DNA of 64,000 nucleotides from an uncultured Acidobacteriota bacterium (GCA_963794705.1 CAWCFI010000008.1:8479-72478), one strand, 5' to 3'; counted from the first letter of the stretch, positions 41,736 through 54,805 are shown. Program-made: numbers and translations. Notes: generated by a model from the letters alone, not told the origin.

Positions 41736-41830
41736 TGCGTCGAGCGGTGAGGCTCGACCAGCCGTTTTATCGGCGCGAGGGGGTTGTATCGTTACGGACG
41801 GAGGGGCTGTATCTGTTCGACACTCGCTCG

Positions 41831-42298
41831 CTAGTCGTGTCGAGGCGCTTCCGGTTGGATGGGAGATGAGTCTGCGAGGGGCCTGGCCGGAGCGGATTGA
41901 AAATCCCCCGAGTGGTCGAACAGGCCGTTGATGAAAAAAGCGAGCCCCATAATCACGAAAAAGCCGCCGACCCCGACGCCTTCATTCATGGCGCCGCCGG
42001 CCACGCTGATGAGCATCATGAGACCGAATCCGACGCCCATCAGGGTGATGCCCGCGCGCCGGTGACGGCCCGGCGAGCGATGCCGGGTGCGCTCGTAGAC
42101 CTGCATGGCACGATCGAACCCGCGGGGATCCACTTCTGGCGGCGGCACCAGTCCCCGCTCGATCATGGCGATCCGCTCGCGTACCTCCAGCTCGCGCACC
42201 CGCGCCTTGCTCAACGTCAGCACGATGATGTACGCGAACGTGCAGATCGTCCCGACAATCGGGATCAAAAAGGGCCACGCCAGTTGCAGGTCTTCCAT
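41831..42298 (-). CDS. Small 3-TM membrane protein (DUF6249-like)
   Basis: GGAGG RBS, an N-terminal TM, ERIAMIERGL, then GITLMGVGFGL and GFFVIMGLAFFI. Confidence 0.75.
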   Translation of the reverse strand: MEDLQLAWPFLIPIVGTICTFAYIIVLTLSKARVRELEVRERIAMIERGLVPPPEVDPRGFDRAMQVYERTRHRSPGRHRRAGITLMGVGFGLMMLISVAGGAMNEGVGVGGFFVIMGLAFFINGLFDHSGDFQSAPARPLADSSPIQPEAPRHD

Positions 42299-42326
42299 TG
42301 CGCCTCCAGGGTACTCGCTTGAACTG

Positions 42327-42357
42327 ATTAGACTGGAACAGATCATGAATTGTTTCA
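42327..42357 (-). promoter_or_regulatory. Putative ECF sigma promoter for the DUF6249-like gene
   Basis: TGAAACAATTC-N14-TCTAAT on the minus strand. Confidence 0.7.
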
Positions 42358-42367
42358 CCTCGTCCCC

Positions 42368-42398
42368 TGAAACAATTCGAGGTCGCGCGTGCTCTAAT
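42368..42398 (+). promoter_or_regulatory. Putative autoregulatory ECF sigma promoter
   Basis: TGAAACAATTC-N14-TCTAAT on the plus strand, with the same architecture as the divergent copy. Confidence 0.7.
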
Positions 42399-42408
42399 AC
42401 GATGGCGG

Positions 42409-42960
42409 ATGGAGGATGTGCACGAGCGCGAGCTCGTCGAGCGTTGCCGCTCCGGCGATGAGCATGCATTCCAGGAACTGGTCGATCGGTACAAGGATCT
42501 CGTGTTCGCCCTGATTGCGCGCACGGTACAGGATCGGTCGCGCGCGGAGGACCTCGCGCAGGACGTGTTTCTGCGCATCCACCGCGGGCTCCCGTACTTT
42601 CGCGGGGAAGCGCGCCTCTCCACCTGGATTTACCGCATCGTCGCCAACGTCTGCCTTCAGGAACACGGGCACCCGTCCGCGGCGGTGTCGTTCGACGATG
42701 AGCGGACGCGGACCATGGCGACGGCGGCCGCGTCTGCGCCGGATCGGCAGTTCGGCGATCTCGAGCTGCGCGACCGCCTCGAGAAAGCGATCGCGCGACT
42801 GCCGGCGAATTACCGGCTGCTGATCGCCGCGCACTATCTGAACGGCGTGCAGTACGAAGGGCTGGCCGAGGCGCTGCAGCTGCCGCTCGGCACGGTGAAG
42901 ACGCAGCTGTATCGCGCCAAGCAGCAGCTGCGGCGGATGCTGGAAACCGATTTGAAGTGA
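42409..42960 (+). CDS. ECF sigma-70 factor (SigW/RpoE-like)
   Basis: GDEHAFQELV, AEDLAQDVFL, STWIYRIVAN and region 4 LPLGTVKTQLYRAK. Confidence 0.95.
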   Translation: MEDVHERELVERCRSGDEHAFQELVDRYKDLVFALIARTVQDRSRAEDLAQDVFLRIHRGLPYFRGEARLSTWIYRIVANVCLQEHGHPSAAVSFDDERTRTMATAAASAPDRQFGDLELRDRLEKAIARLPANYRLLIAAHYLNGVQYEGLAEALQLPLGTVKTQLYRAKQQLRRMLETDLK

Positions 42961-42963
42961 CCG

Positions 42964-43443
42964 ATGTTCTGCGACGAAGCTCTCGACTCCGTTGAGGCGA
43001 TCGCCGCCGGCGATCTGACGCCGGACGGCCGCGTGGCGTCGCACCTGGCGACCTGCCCGAACTGCGCCTGCGCGCTCGAACGGGCGCGTCAGCTGGAGGC
43101 CTCGCTGCGCCGGCGGGCGGCGCCGGTCCCCCCGGCGCAGTTCACCACGCGCACGCTGGCGCGCATCCGCCGGGCGCGGTGGCGCAGCGATCAGTTCCTC
43201 GACGTCGGCTTCAACGTGGCGATCGGGTTGATCGTGTTGTCGGCGGTGGCCGGCGTCTGGATGCTGCTCCATCGCACCGGCCTCTCCTCGGTCAGCGGCG
43301 ACGCCGTCAACGTCTTCGGCAGCGGCTTCGTCTCGCTCGCCCGCCGCGTCGCGCCCGCGGTGCCGCTCTATGCGGGCGCGGCGGCGTTGCTCGTCAGCGC
43401 GCTCGGCATCTGGTGGTGGGCCGAACGGGATGCTGCGCTTTGA
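42964..43443 (+). CDS. Zinc-binding (ZAS) membrane anti-sigma factor
   Basis: HLATCPNC (HxxxCxxC), two TM helices, located directly after the ECF gene. Confidence 0.85.
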   Translation: MFCDEALDSVEAIAAGDLTPDGRVASHLATCPNCACALERARQLEASLRRRAAPVPPAQFTTRTLARIRRARWRSDQFLDVGFNVAIGLIVLSAVAGVWMLLHRTGLSSVSGDAVNVFGSGFVSLARRVAPAVPLYAGAAALLVSALGIWWWAERDAAL

Positions 43444-43504
43444 GATGGCTGCAGGCTCAGGGCTGATGGCCACGACGTCAGCCATCGGCCCCAAGCGATC
43501 GGTC

Positions 43505-44425
43505 ATGTCGTCCCGTCCGCTGCTGAAATGGGCCGGCGGAAAGCGGCAGCTGCTGCCGCACCTGCGCCGCTTCTATCCGCCGGCATTCAACCGCTACATC
43601 GAGCCGTTCTTCGGCAGCGGCGCGGTGTTCTTCGATCTCCACGCCGCCGGCCGCCTGCGCGATCGCGATGTCGTGCTGATCGACTCGAACACGGATCTGA
43701 TTGGCTGCTACGAGACCGTCCGATCGCAGCCGGAGGCAGTCGGGAACGAGTTGGAGCGCCTGGCCGCCGCGCACGCCCGCGGCGGCCAGGCGCAGTACTA
43801 CGCGGTGCGCGACGAGCAGTTCAACCCGATCCGCGACCGCCGCCGCGACCGCGACGGGCGCATCGCGTATACGCCGGAGCTCGCGGCGATGCTCATCTAC
43901 CTCAATCGCACGGGGTTCAACGGTCTGTTCCGGCTGAACGCGCGCGGTGAATTCAACGTGCCGGCCGGGCGCTACGATCGGCCGAAGATCGCGGATCGCG
44001 AAAAGCTGGCGCGGGTGTCGGAGGCGCTGTCCGGGGCGCGTCTGCATCTGCGGTGGGGGAGCTTCGAATCCGTGCTCGAGATCGCGGCGCCGGGAGACTT
44101 CGTCTATTTCGATCCGCCTTACGCACCGGTCAGCCGCACGTCGAATTTCACGTCGTACACCGCGCTGCGCTTCGGCGCCGAGGATCAGCTGCGGCTGCAG
44201 CAAATCGTGCTCGCGCTCGCCGCGCGCGGATGCCTGGTGCTGCTCAGCAACTCGACGGCCGACGAGATCACCGCGCTGTACGAGCAAGACGCCGCGGCAC
44301 GGGCCGCAGGGCTCCGGGCGATCCGTGTCCCGGCGCGCCGGGCGATCAACAGTAATGCCGCCCGCCGCGGCCCAGTCGACGAGCTCCTCATCACCAATTA
44401 CGCACCGGCGGGCACCGCCACATGA
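43505..44425 (+). CDS. dam: Orphan Dam/DpnII-family N6-adenine DNA methyltransferase
   Basis: LKWAGGK, EPFFGSGAV, YLNRTGFNGL, FNVP, DPPY, LSNS and ELLI. An in-frame alternative ATG lies at 43445. Confidence 0.92.
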   Translation: MSSRPLLKWAGGKRQLLPHLRRFYPPAFNRYIEPFFGSGAVFFDLHAAGRLRDRDVVLIDSNTDLIGCYETVRSQPEAVGNELERLAAAHARGGQAQYYAVRDEQFNPIRDRRRDRDGRIAYTPELAAMLIYLNRTGFNGLFRLNARGEFNVPAGRYDRPKIADREKLARVSEALSGARLHLRWGSFESVLEIAAPGDFVYFDPPYAPVSRTSNFTSYTALRFGAEDQLRLQQIVLALAARGCLVLLSNSTADEITALYEQDAAARAAGLRAIRVPARRAINSNAARRGPVDELLITNYAPAGTAT

Positions 44426-44471
44426 CCGCTGACGTGGAACCATCCCGCCGTGTTACTCTGAAATCCGTGCC

Positions 44472-44558
44472 GCGAAAGTGGCGGAATTGGCAGACGCGCC
44501 GGACTTAGGATCCGGTAGCCGAAAGGCTATGGGGGTTCGAGTCCCCCCTTTCGCACCA
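44472..44558 (+). tRNA. tRNA-Leu(TAG)
   Basis: Acceptor stem GCGAAAG/CTTTCGC, anticodon arm CCGGA-CTTAGGA-TCCGG, long variable arm, GTTCGAGTC T-loop and encoded CCA. Confidence 0.97.
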
Positions 44559-44576
44559 CACCTACTCCTCCGAGCA

Positions 44577-45098
44577 CTACCGCCAGTCGCGAGCAGCGCA
44601 CAGGGCGAACCCACCACTGAGACGATCTCGACGTCTTCGACGCGACCCACCGGAGCTCCGCCGAGCCGGCCGACCGGACGCCCCGTCGCCGACGCGCAGG
44701 CCATGCACGCGGCTCGACACCAGGGCACCGCTCCAGGCGAGGCCCGGGCGGTCGCGACACGGCGACGGCTGCGGCCGCGACCGCAGCGCGTGAAGACAGC
44801 GACAGGGCCAACGCATCGGAGTACGAGTACCTCCGGCGGCCGGGCTATGGAGGACGGTCCAGATGATCAACAGCGGTACAGCCGGACTCCAGGAACCGGT
44901 CGCCGCGCGCAGAAGGCCAGCCACGACCTCGTGGCGGTGACGTGGTTGGACCTTGTCGAACTCAAACCCCTCGAACTGGTAGAGGTCGACCGCATGCACC
45001 ACGATGGCGGCGAGAAGAACGGCAAACAGCCACCGCGGCGGCACGGCGCGTAGTACGGCGAGGGATTCGGAGCGCTTGACATGCTGCGACGTTGTCAA
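44577..45098 (-). CDS. Possible hypothetical membrane protein, garbled by indels
   Basis: Hydrophobic stretches (WLFAVLLAAIVVHAV, VPLLIIWTVL, ALSLS..AAVAAAAVAV) are spread across frames. No family is recognisable. Confidence 0.3.
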   Translation of the reverse strand: MTTSQHVKRSESLAVLRAVPPRWLFAVLLAAIVVHAVDLYQFEGFEFDKVQPRHRHEVVAGLLRAATGSWSPAVPLLIIWTVLHSPAAGGTRTPMRWPCRCLHALRSRPQPSPCRDRPGLAWSGALVSSRVHGLRVGDGASGRPARRSSGGSRRRRRDRLSGGFALCAARDWR

Positions 45099-45120
45099 GG
45101 GAAGACCTGCATGCTACGCT
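45092..45120 (+). promoter_or_regulatory. sigma70-type promoter of tig
   Basis: TTGTCA-17 nt-TACGCT with an extended TG. Confidence 0.5.
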
Positions 45121-45207
45121 GGATCTTCCCCGGTGGATGAGCGGCCAGGAGGGCGGCTCGTCTGAAGTACCGACCGTCCCACTGTTCATATTCAGGCTGA
45201 CCTTCGC

Positions 45208-46486
45208 ATGAAATTCGATGTCGTCGACGTCAACGCGACGCGCAAGAACCGTGCGCGTCGAGATTCCCAGCGATGTCGTCGACGCGGAGATCGATCGCAT
45301 CGCGCGCGACTACTCGCGCAAGGCGCGCGTGCCCGGCTTCCGGCCCGGCAAGACGCCGGCCCGCGTCATCAAGCAGCGCTTCAAGGATCAGATCCTGCAC
45401 GACGTCGCGCACGATCTCATCCCGCGCGCGGTCGACGACGCGCTGCGCGAGAAGGGGCTGGAGGCGGTCGACACGCCCGACGTGCGGGAAGTGATCATCG
45501 AAGCGGGACAGCCGCTCACCTTCACCGCGTCGTTCGACACCGTGCCAGAGTTCGATCCGGGCGATCTCGCCGGCATCACCTTCAAGCGCGCGTCGAACGC
45601 GATCAACGACGAGGCCGTCGAGATGGCGCTGCAGCGGCTGCGCGATCGCGGCGCGCGGCACGAGCCGGTCGAGGGCCGCGGCGTCGATCACGGCGACACC
45701 GTGACGCTCGACCTCGAGCGCCGCGACGCGGGCGGCACGCCCGACACGCACAAGGACGTCAGCATCGAGCTCGGCGCCAAGGCGAACCCGCCCGGGTTCG
45801 ACGAGCAGCTGCTCGGCCTCGAAGCCGGGCGCAACCAAGGCATTCACGCTGCACTACCCCGCCGACTACCCGATTGGGGAGCTCGCCAACACCGACGTCT
45901 CGTATACAGTGACGGTCAAGGGGCTGAAGCGCCGCGTGCTGCCGGAGCTGGACGACGAGTTCGCGAAGGATCTCGGGGTCGACTCGCTCGACGCGCTCAA
46001 GACGCGCGTGCGCGAGGATCTCGAGCACGAGGCGCAAGCACGCGGCCGAGCGCGAGGATCGATCGGAGCTGATGAAGCAGCTGGCGACGCGCCTGCCGTT
46101 CGACGTGCCGGCGTCGATGATCGACCGCGAGATCGACCGTCGTCTCGAGGACTTCGCCCGCCGGCTGATGGACCAGAACGTCGATCCGCGGCAGGCCGGC
46201 ATCGACTGGAACGCCTTCCGCGAGAGCCAGCGCGAGGTGTCCCGCGAGGCGGTCGCGGCGGCGCTGGTGCTCGACGAGGTGACGCGGCGCGAGAAGCTCG
46301 AGGTCAGCCGACGCCGAGGTCGAAGCCGAGGTCGTGAAATACGCGGAACGCACCGGCCGGACGCCGGCCGCGGTGCGCGCCGCGCTCGAGAAGGAAGGCG
46401 GCTTGTCCCGTATCTATGCGGGGTTACGGCGGGAGAAGTCAATTGACTTCGTCCTGGCGCATGCTACAATCACGGGAGACTCGTAA
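45208..46486 (+). CDS. tig: Trigger factor (several 1-bp indels)
   Basis: Ribosome-binding motif [12 protein letters not shown]-like [19 protein letters not shown] and C-terminal [11 protein letters not shown]. It lies upstream of clpP. Confidence 0.93.
46443..46470 (+). promoter_or_regulatory. Internal sigma70 promoter for clpP inside the tig 3' end
   Basis: TTGACT-16 nt-TACAAT with an extended TG. Confidence 0.55.
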
Positions 46487-46533
46487 GACACCCCGCTCAC
46501 GAATTCCCCGACAAACCAGCAGCCAATCTCCAT

Positions 46534-47145
46534 ATGCGATATCCGCTTGAAGCGCAGAATCAGCTGGTCCCGATGGTCGTCGAGCAGACGAACCGCGGCG
46601 AGCGCGCGTACGACATTTTTTCGCGCCTGCTCAAGGACAGCATCATCTTCATCGGCACGCCGATCGACGATCAAATAGCGAACCTGGCGATCGCCCAGAT
46701 GCTCTTCCTCGAGGCCGAGGACCCGGACAAGGACATTCAGCTCTACATCAACAGCCCGGGCGGCTCGATTACTGCAGGGCTGGCGATCTACGACACGATG
46801 CAGTTCATCAAGCCGGACGTCCAGACCATCTGCATCGGGCAGGCGGCATCGATGGCGGCGGTGCTGCTGGCCGCGGGCGCGAAGGGAAAGCGATTTTCGC
46901 TGCCGAATTCCCGAATCGTCATCCACCAGCCGCTGATGTCTGGATTGGGCGGCCAAGCGACCGATATTGATATTGCGGCCCGCGAGATCCTGCGGATGCG
47001 TGAGCGGCTCAACGAAATCCTGGTCCACCACACGGGCCAGAACGTCAAGCGTATCCAGGACGACACCGAACGCGACTACATCATGTCGGCCGACCAGGGC
47101 AAGGAATACGGTATTATTGACGATGTCATCCGCAAACGCGCTTAA
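46534..47145 (+). CDS. clpP: ATP-dependent Clp protease proteolytic subunit
   Basis: [22 protein letters not shown] (catalytic Ser), IHQP and ERD. Confidence 0.98.
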   Translation: MRYPLEAQNQLVPMVVEQTNRGERAYDIFSRLLKDSIIFIGTPIDDQIANLAIAQMLFLEAEDPDKDIQLYINSPGGSITAGLAIYDTMQFIKPDVQTICIGQAASMAAVLLAAGAKGKRFSLPNSRIVIHQPLMSGLGGQATDIDIAAREILRMRERLNEILVHHTGQNVKRIQDDTERDYIMSADQGKEYGIIDDVIRKRA

Positions 47146-47153
47146 CCGCGCAA

Positions 47154-47181
47154 AGGGCTTAGGGCGAAGGGCTTAAGGCTT
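47154..47181 (+). repeat. Heptamer tandem repeat (AGGGCTT x4, imperfect)
   Basis: AGGGCTT AGGGCGA AGGGCTT AAGGCTT, directly before the clpX start. Confidence 0.75.
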
Positions 47182-47184
47182 AGC

Positions 47185-48432
<1,248 letters not shown>

Positions 48433-48434
48433 AT

Positions 48435-50835
48435 TTGGAGTCCCCGTTGGAAGTGTACGAAACCCTCCCGATCGTCCCGCTCCGCGACGTCGTCGTCTTC
48501 CCGCACATGATGATGCCGTTCGTCATCGGACGGCCCTCGTCGACGCGCGCGCTCGATCACGCGCTGCTCAAGGACAAGCGCATCTTCCTCGCGGCGCAGC
48601 ACGACGCGTCGGTGGACGATCCGCGGCCCGGAAGACATCTTCACGATGGGCTGCGTCGCCAACGTGGTGCAGAGCCTGAAGCTGCCCGACGGCAACATCA
48701 AGGTGCTGGTCGAAGGCGTCGACCGCGCCCGCGCCGTCGAGTGGAAGGAAGACAAGGGCTTCTACCGCGTCGTCGTCAAGGTGCTGCCGAAGCAGCGCGA
48801 GGCCAGCGCCGACGCCGAGACGACGATGAGCCGCGTGGTGTCGCTGTTCGAGCAGTACGTGAAGCTGTCGAACAACCTGCACTACGACGCGATGATCGCC
48901 GCCGTCCGGGTCGACGATCCGGGCAAGCTCGCCGACACCATCGCCGCGCACCTGCTGATCGGCGTCGACGAGAAGCAGAACCTGCTCGAAATCATCTCCC
49001 CGCTCGAACGGCTCAACCGCATCGCCGGCATCCTCGAAATCGAGGTCGACAAGCTCCAGGTGGACCGCAAGATCCAGTCTCGCGTCAAGAAGCAGATGGA
49101 GAAGGCCCAGAAGGAGTACTACCTCAACGAGAAGATGAAGGCGATCCAGAAGGAGCTGGGCCGCAAGGACGAGAAGGGCAACGAGGTCGACGAGCTCAAG
49201 AAGAAGATCGAAACCGCGAAGATGCCGAAGGACGTCGAGGAGAAGGCCATCCAGGAGCTCAAGCGCCTGGAAGCGATGCCGCCGATGTCCGCCGAGGCGA
49301 CCGTCTCGCGCAACTATCTCGACTGGCTGATTGCGGTGCCGTGGCACAAGAAGAGCCGCGAGAGCCGCGACCTCAAGCGCGCCGAAGAGATCCTGCACGA
49401 GGACCACTACGGGCTCGAGAAGATCAAGGAACGCATCCTCGAGTTCCTCGCGGTCCGCGCGCTGGTCAAGAAGCCGAAGGCGACCATCCTCACCTTCTCC
49501 GGACCTCCCGGAGTCGGCAAGACCTCGCTGGCCAAGTCGATCGCCCGCGCCATGAACCGCCAGTTCGTGCGGCTGTCGCTCGGCGGCGTCCGCGACGAGG
49601 CGGAGATCCGCGGCCACCGCCGCACCTACATCGGCGCCTTCCCCGGCCAGATCATCCAGATGATGAAGAAGGCCGGGACGATGAACCCGGTGTTCCTGCT
49701 CGACGAAGTCGACAAGATGTCGATGGACTTCCGCGGCGACCCGTCGGCGGCGCTGCTCGAGGTGCTCGACCCCGAACAGAACGCGACCTTCCTCGATCAC
49801 TACCTCGACGTCGAGTACGACCTCTCGAACGTGATGTTCATCTGCACCGCCAACGTGCTGCACACGATTCCGCAGGCGCTGCGCGACCGCATGGAAGTGC
49901 TCCAGCTCGCCGGCTACACCGAGGCGGAGAAGGTCCAGATCGCGATGAAGTTCCTCGCGCCGAAGGCGATCGAGAACGTCGGCCTGACCGCGCGAGAACA
50001 TCAAGTTCGCCGACGAGTCGTTCGCCGACGATCATCTCGCGCTACACCCGCGAAGCCGGCGTCCGCAGCCTCGAGCGCGAAATCTCCTCGGTCTGCCGCA
50101 AGGTCGCGCGCAAGGTCGTCTCCGAGGGCAAGAGCTTCAAGGAAGAGATCACCGCCGACAAGGTGACGCAGTACCTCGGCGTGCCGCGCTTCCGCAACTC
50201 GATGGCGGAGGAGCACGACGAGATCGGCGTCGCCACCGGCCTGGCGTGGACCGAGGTCGGCGGCGAGATCCTGACGACGGAAGCGACGCTGATGCCGGGC
50301 AAGGGGCACCTGACGCTCACCGGCAAGCTCGGCGACGTCATGCAGGAGTCGGCGCAGGCGGCGATGAGCTACGTGCGCTCGAAGGCCGAGGAGTACGGCA
50401 TCCCCAAGGACTTCAACAAGCGGACCGACGTCCACATCCACGTGCCGGAAGGCGCCATCCCGAAGGACGGCCCGTCGGCCGGCATCACGCTGGCGACCAC
50501 GCTGGTCTCGGCGCTGGCGCGCGTCGCCATCCGCAAGGACGTCGCGATGACCGGCGAGATCACCCTGCGCGGCAAGGTGCTGCCGATCGGCGGCGTGAAG
50601 GAAAAGGTGCTCGCCGCGCATCGCGCCGGCATCAAGAGCATCATCCTGCCGAAGGACAACGAGAAGGACCTGGCGGACATTCCGAAGAACGTGCTCGACA
50701 CGTTGAACGTCTACTTGGTCCAGACGATGGACGAGGTTCTGAAGATCGCCCTGGCCGAACCGCTGGCGGGACGCCTGCCGGCCGAGGAGCCCGCGGAACC
50801 GGTCGACCATCGTCGACGACACGATTACCCACTAG
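48435..50835 (+). CDS. lon: Lon protease (indels near 48630, ~50000 and ~50810)
   Basis: [36 protein letters not shown] and [20 protein letters not shown]. Confidence 0.96.
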
Positions 50836-50844
50836 AGACAGGGA

Positions 50845-50940
50845 GATTTCAGATTTAGGATTTCAGATTTCAGATTCCGGCCGCGCACACCACCCCAATC
50901 TGCAATCAATCTGCACTCTGAAATCTGCATTCTGAAATCT
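50845..50940. repeat. Inverted pair of heptamer arrays (GATTTCA x5 / AATCTGM x5-6)
   Basis: GATTTCA GATTTAG GATTTCA GATTTCA GATTCCG, then AATCTGC AATC AATCTGC ACTCTGA AATCTGC ATTCTGA AATCT. Confidence 0.85.
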
Positions 50941-51522
50941 CGTTGAAGATCGAGGCGAGCTTTGTTCGGAGCGCAGCGAGCGCAAGCGATCTGCCGCGGG
51001 ACGGGCTCGCCGAGATCGCCTTCGTCGGCCGCTCGAATGTCGGCAAGTCGAGCCTGATCAACGCGCTGGTCCGCCAGCGCGTCGCGCGCACGAGCGCCGC
51101 GCCGGGCAAGACGCGGCTCGCCAACGTCTATCGCGTGACGCGGGGCAGCGGCGCGCCGTTCTACCTGCTGGACCTTCCGGGTTACGGATACGCGCGGGCG
51201 CCGAAGGGGGCGCGCGGCGCGGCCAGCGCCGGCCGCGGCGCGGCGGGCGAGCGCGGCGGAGTTCGAGGCGATCGTGCGCGCGGTGTTCAGCGCGCGGCCC
51301 GGCCGGGCTGCTGCTGGTGGACGCGCGGCACCCGGGCCTCGAGAGCGACGGCGCGGCGTGGACGTGGATGCGCGAGGCGGCCGGCACGTCGGCCGTGGTG
51401 GCGACGAAGATCGACAAGCTGGGACGCGGCGAACGGATCCGCGCCCTGCGAGCATTCGAATCCGTGTTGGAAACTTCCGTGCTGCCGGTCTCGGCGGTCA
51501 CGGGCGAAGGACTGGACGAACT

Positions 51523-52887
<1,365 letters not shown>

Positions 52888-52980
52888 AGTTCGGCGGAAG
52901 TCGGCGAGTCCTCGGTCCAGCGCCGCACGGTCGACGCCGGCTCTAGCTCGAACTTCGAGACCTAGCCTGACATCGGACTT

Positions 52981-53800
52981 TCACGAATCGGTCGCCGCCG
53001 AATCAAGGTCGCCGATGGCGCCGCAGCGCGCTCGGCCACGCAGCATCCGCCGCTGGCGCCAGCTGTCGGTTCCGCTGACCGCCTGTGTCGTGCGCCGCCA
53101 GGACGCCGGCTCGGCGAGGCGCGAGAACGGCAGCGTCTGCACCCAGACGCGGCGCCGGCGCCGGTGAGCGTCGCGAAGAACAGTCCCTCGCCGCCGAACA
53201 CCGCCAGTCTTGATCGCCGCCGACGCAACTCGATGTCGTAGTCCACGCGTCGGATCGAACGCGACCGAGGCGATCGCCGGTGTCCGACCTTCAGCTTCGT
53301 CGGCGCGCACCGCCTTCGAGAATCCGAAGCCGGGACACGCACGCGTGCCGCCGCTAGTGCGCCGAACGACCGTCGCCGCGTGCCCTCGAACCGTTCCGAG
53401 CGATGAACCCTTCGCCGCCGAAGAAGCCGGCGCCGAGCCGCTTGGTGAACTCGACGCGTGATGTTGATCTCGCCGGTGGCGCAGAGGAACGAGCCGCGCT
53501 GACAGATCATCGCGCTCGACTGCAGCGGCGAAGCGGCATGATCTTGCCGGGGTACGGCGCGCTGAACGCGACCGGCCCGGTGGCGGCCGGTGCACTGGAA
53601 GTAGGTGAGGAAGAGGCTCTCCCCCGCCAGGAACTTCGGGTCAGGCCGCCGAGGATGCCGCCGGTCATGCGCGCATCCATCTCGATGCCGTCGGTCATGT
53701 AGGTCATCGCGCCGGCTTCGGCACGAATCTCGTCGCCGAGCCGCCATGCGCCACCACGCACCGCCTGCATGTCGTCGCCGATGATTTCGTGGGTGATCAT
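52981..53800 (-). CDS. AIM24/TIGR00266 family protein (heavily frameshifted; 3' end uncertain)
   Basis: [52 protein letters not shown] and [12 protein letters not shown]. Confidence 0.8.
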
Positions 53801-53815
53801 GGGGCAAGATTGTAT

Positions 53816-54805
53816 ATGCGCTATCGCACGTTCGGCCGCACCGGCTGGCAGGTCTCGGAAATCGGCTACGGCATGTGGGGCATGGGCGGCTGGACCGGAT
53901 CCGACGACCAGGAGTCGCTTGCAGGCGCTCGACCGCGCCTTCGCGCTCGGCTGCAATTTCTTCGACACGGCCTGGGTCTACGGCACAGGGCAAGAGCGAG
54001 ACGCTGCTGGGCGAGGCGCTGCGGGCGCACCGCGGCGCGACCGCCTACGTCGCGACCAAGATCCCGCCGAAGAACATGAAGTGGCCGGGCAAGGCCGAGT
54101 ACCGCGATCGCAGGACACGTATCCGCCGCGATCACATCCGCGAGTACACCGAGAAGAGCCTCGAGAACCTCGGCGTCGAGACGATCGACCTGCAGCAGTT
54201 CCACGTCTGGAGCGACGCCTGGGCCGACGACGACGGCTGGCAGCGCGCGGTCGACGACCTGAAGCGCGAGGGGCTGGTGCGCGCCGTCGGCATCAGCGTC
54301 AACCGCTGGGAAGCCGCCAACGTGCTGCGCGCGCTCGACGACCGGCCTGATCGACAGCGTGCAGGTCGTCTACAACATCTTCGACCAGGCGCCGGAGGAC
54401 GAGCTGCTGCCGTACTGCCAGGCGCACGGCATCGCGGTGATCGCGCGCGTGCCGTTCGACGAAGGCAGCCTGACCGGCACGCTGACGCTCGACTCGCGCT
54501 GGCCCGACGGCGACTGGCGGAACATCTATTTCAACCGCGAGCACCTCGCCGCCACGCTGGCGCGCGTCGACCGGCTGAGCCCGCTGGTGCCCGAGGGGAT
54601 GGACCTGCCCGAGCTGGCGCTCCGCTTCATCCTGGAGCATCCGGCGGTCAGCACGACGATTCCGGGCATGCGGCGGCCGGCGCACGTCGAGCGCAACCTG
54701 GCGGCCAGCGACGGGGTCCGGCTGCCGCCCCGCCTGGGGGACGCGCTCAAGACCCACCGCTGGGACCGCGACGCCGAACGCCGACCCCGTAGGCGTCTGC
54801 TATAA
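53816..54805 (+). CDS. Aldo/keto reductase (indels)
   Basis: [49 protein letters not shown] and TIPGMR. Confidence 0.9.

Noticed and set aside
43505-44558. Restriction-modification system or prophage/island at tRNA-Leu
   Set aside because: There is no endonuclease, integrase or att duplication, and dam lies 5' of the tRNA.
50845-50940. CRISPR array
   Set aside because: The units are 7 bp with no unique spacers, and there are no cas genes.
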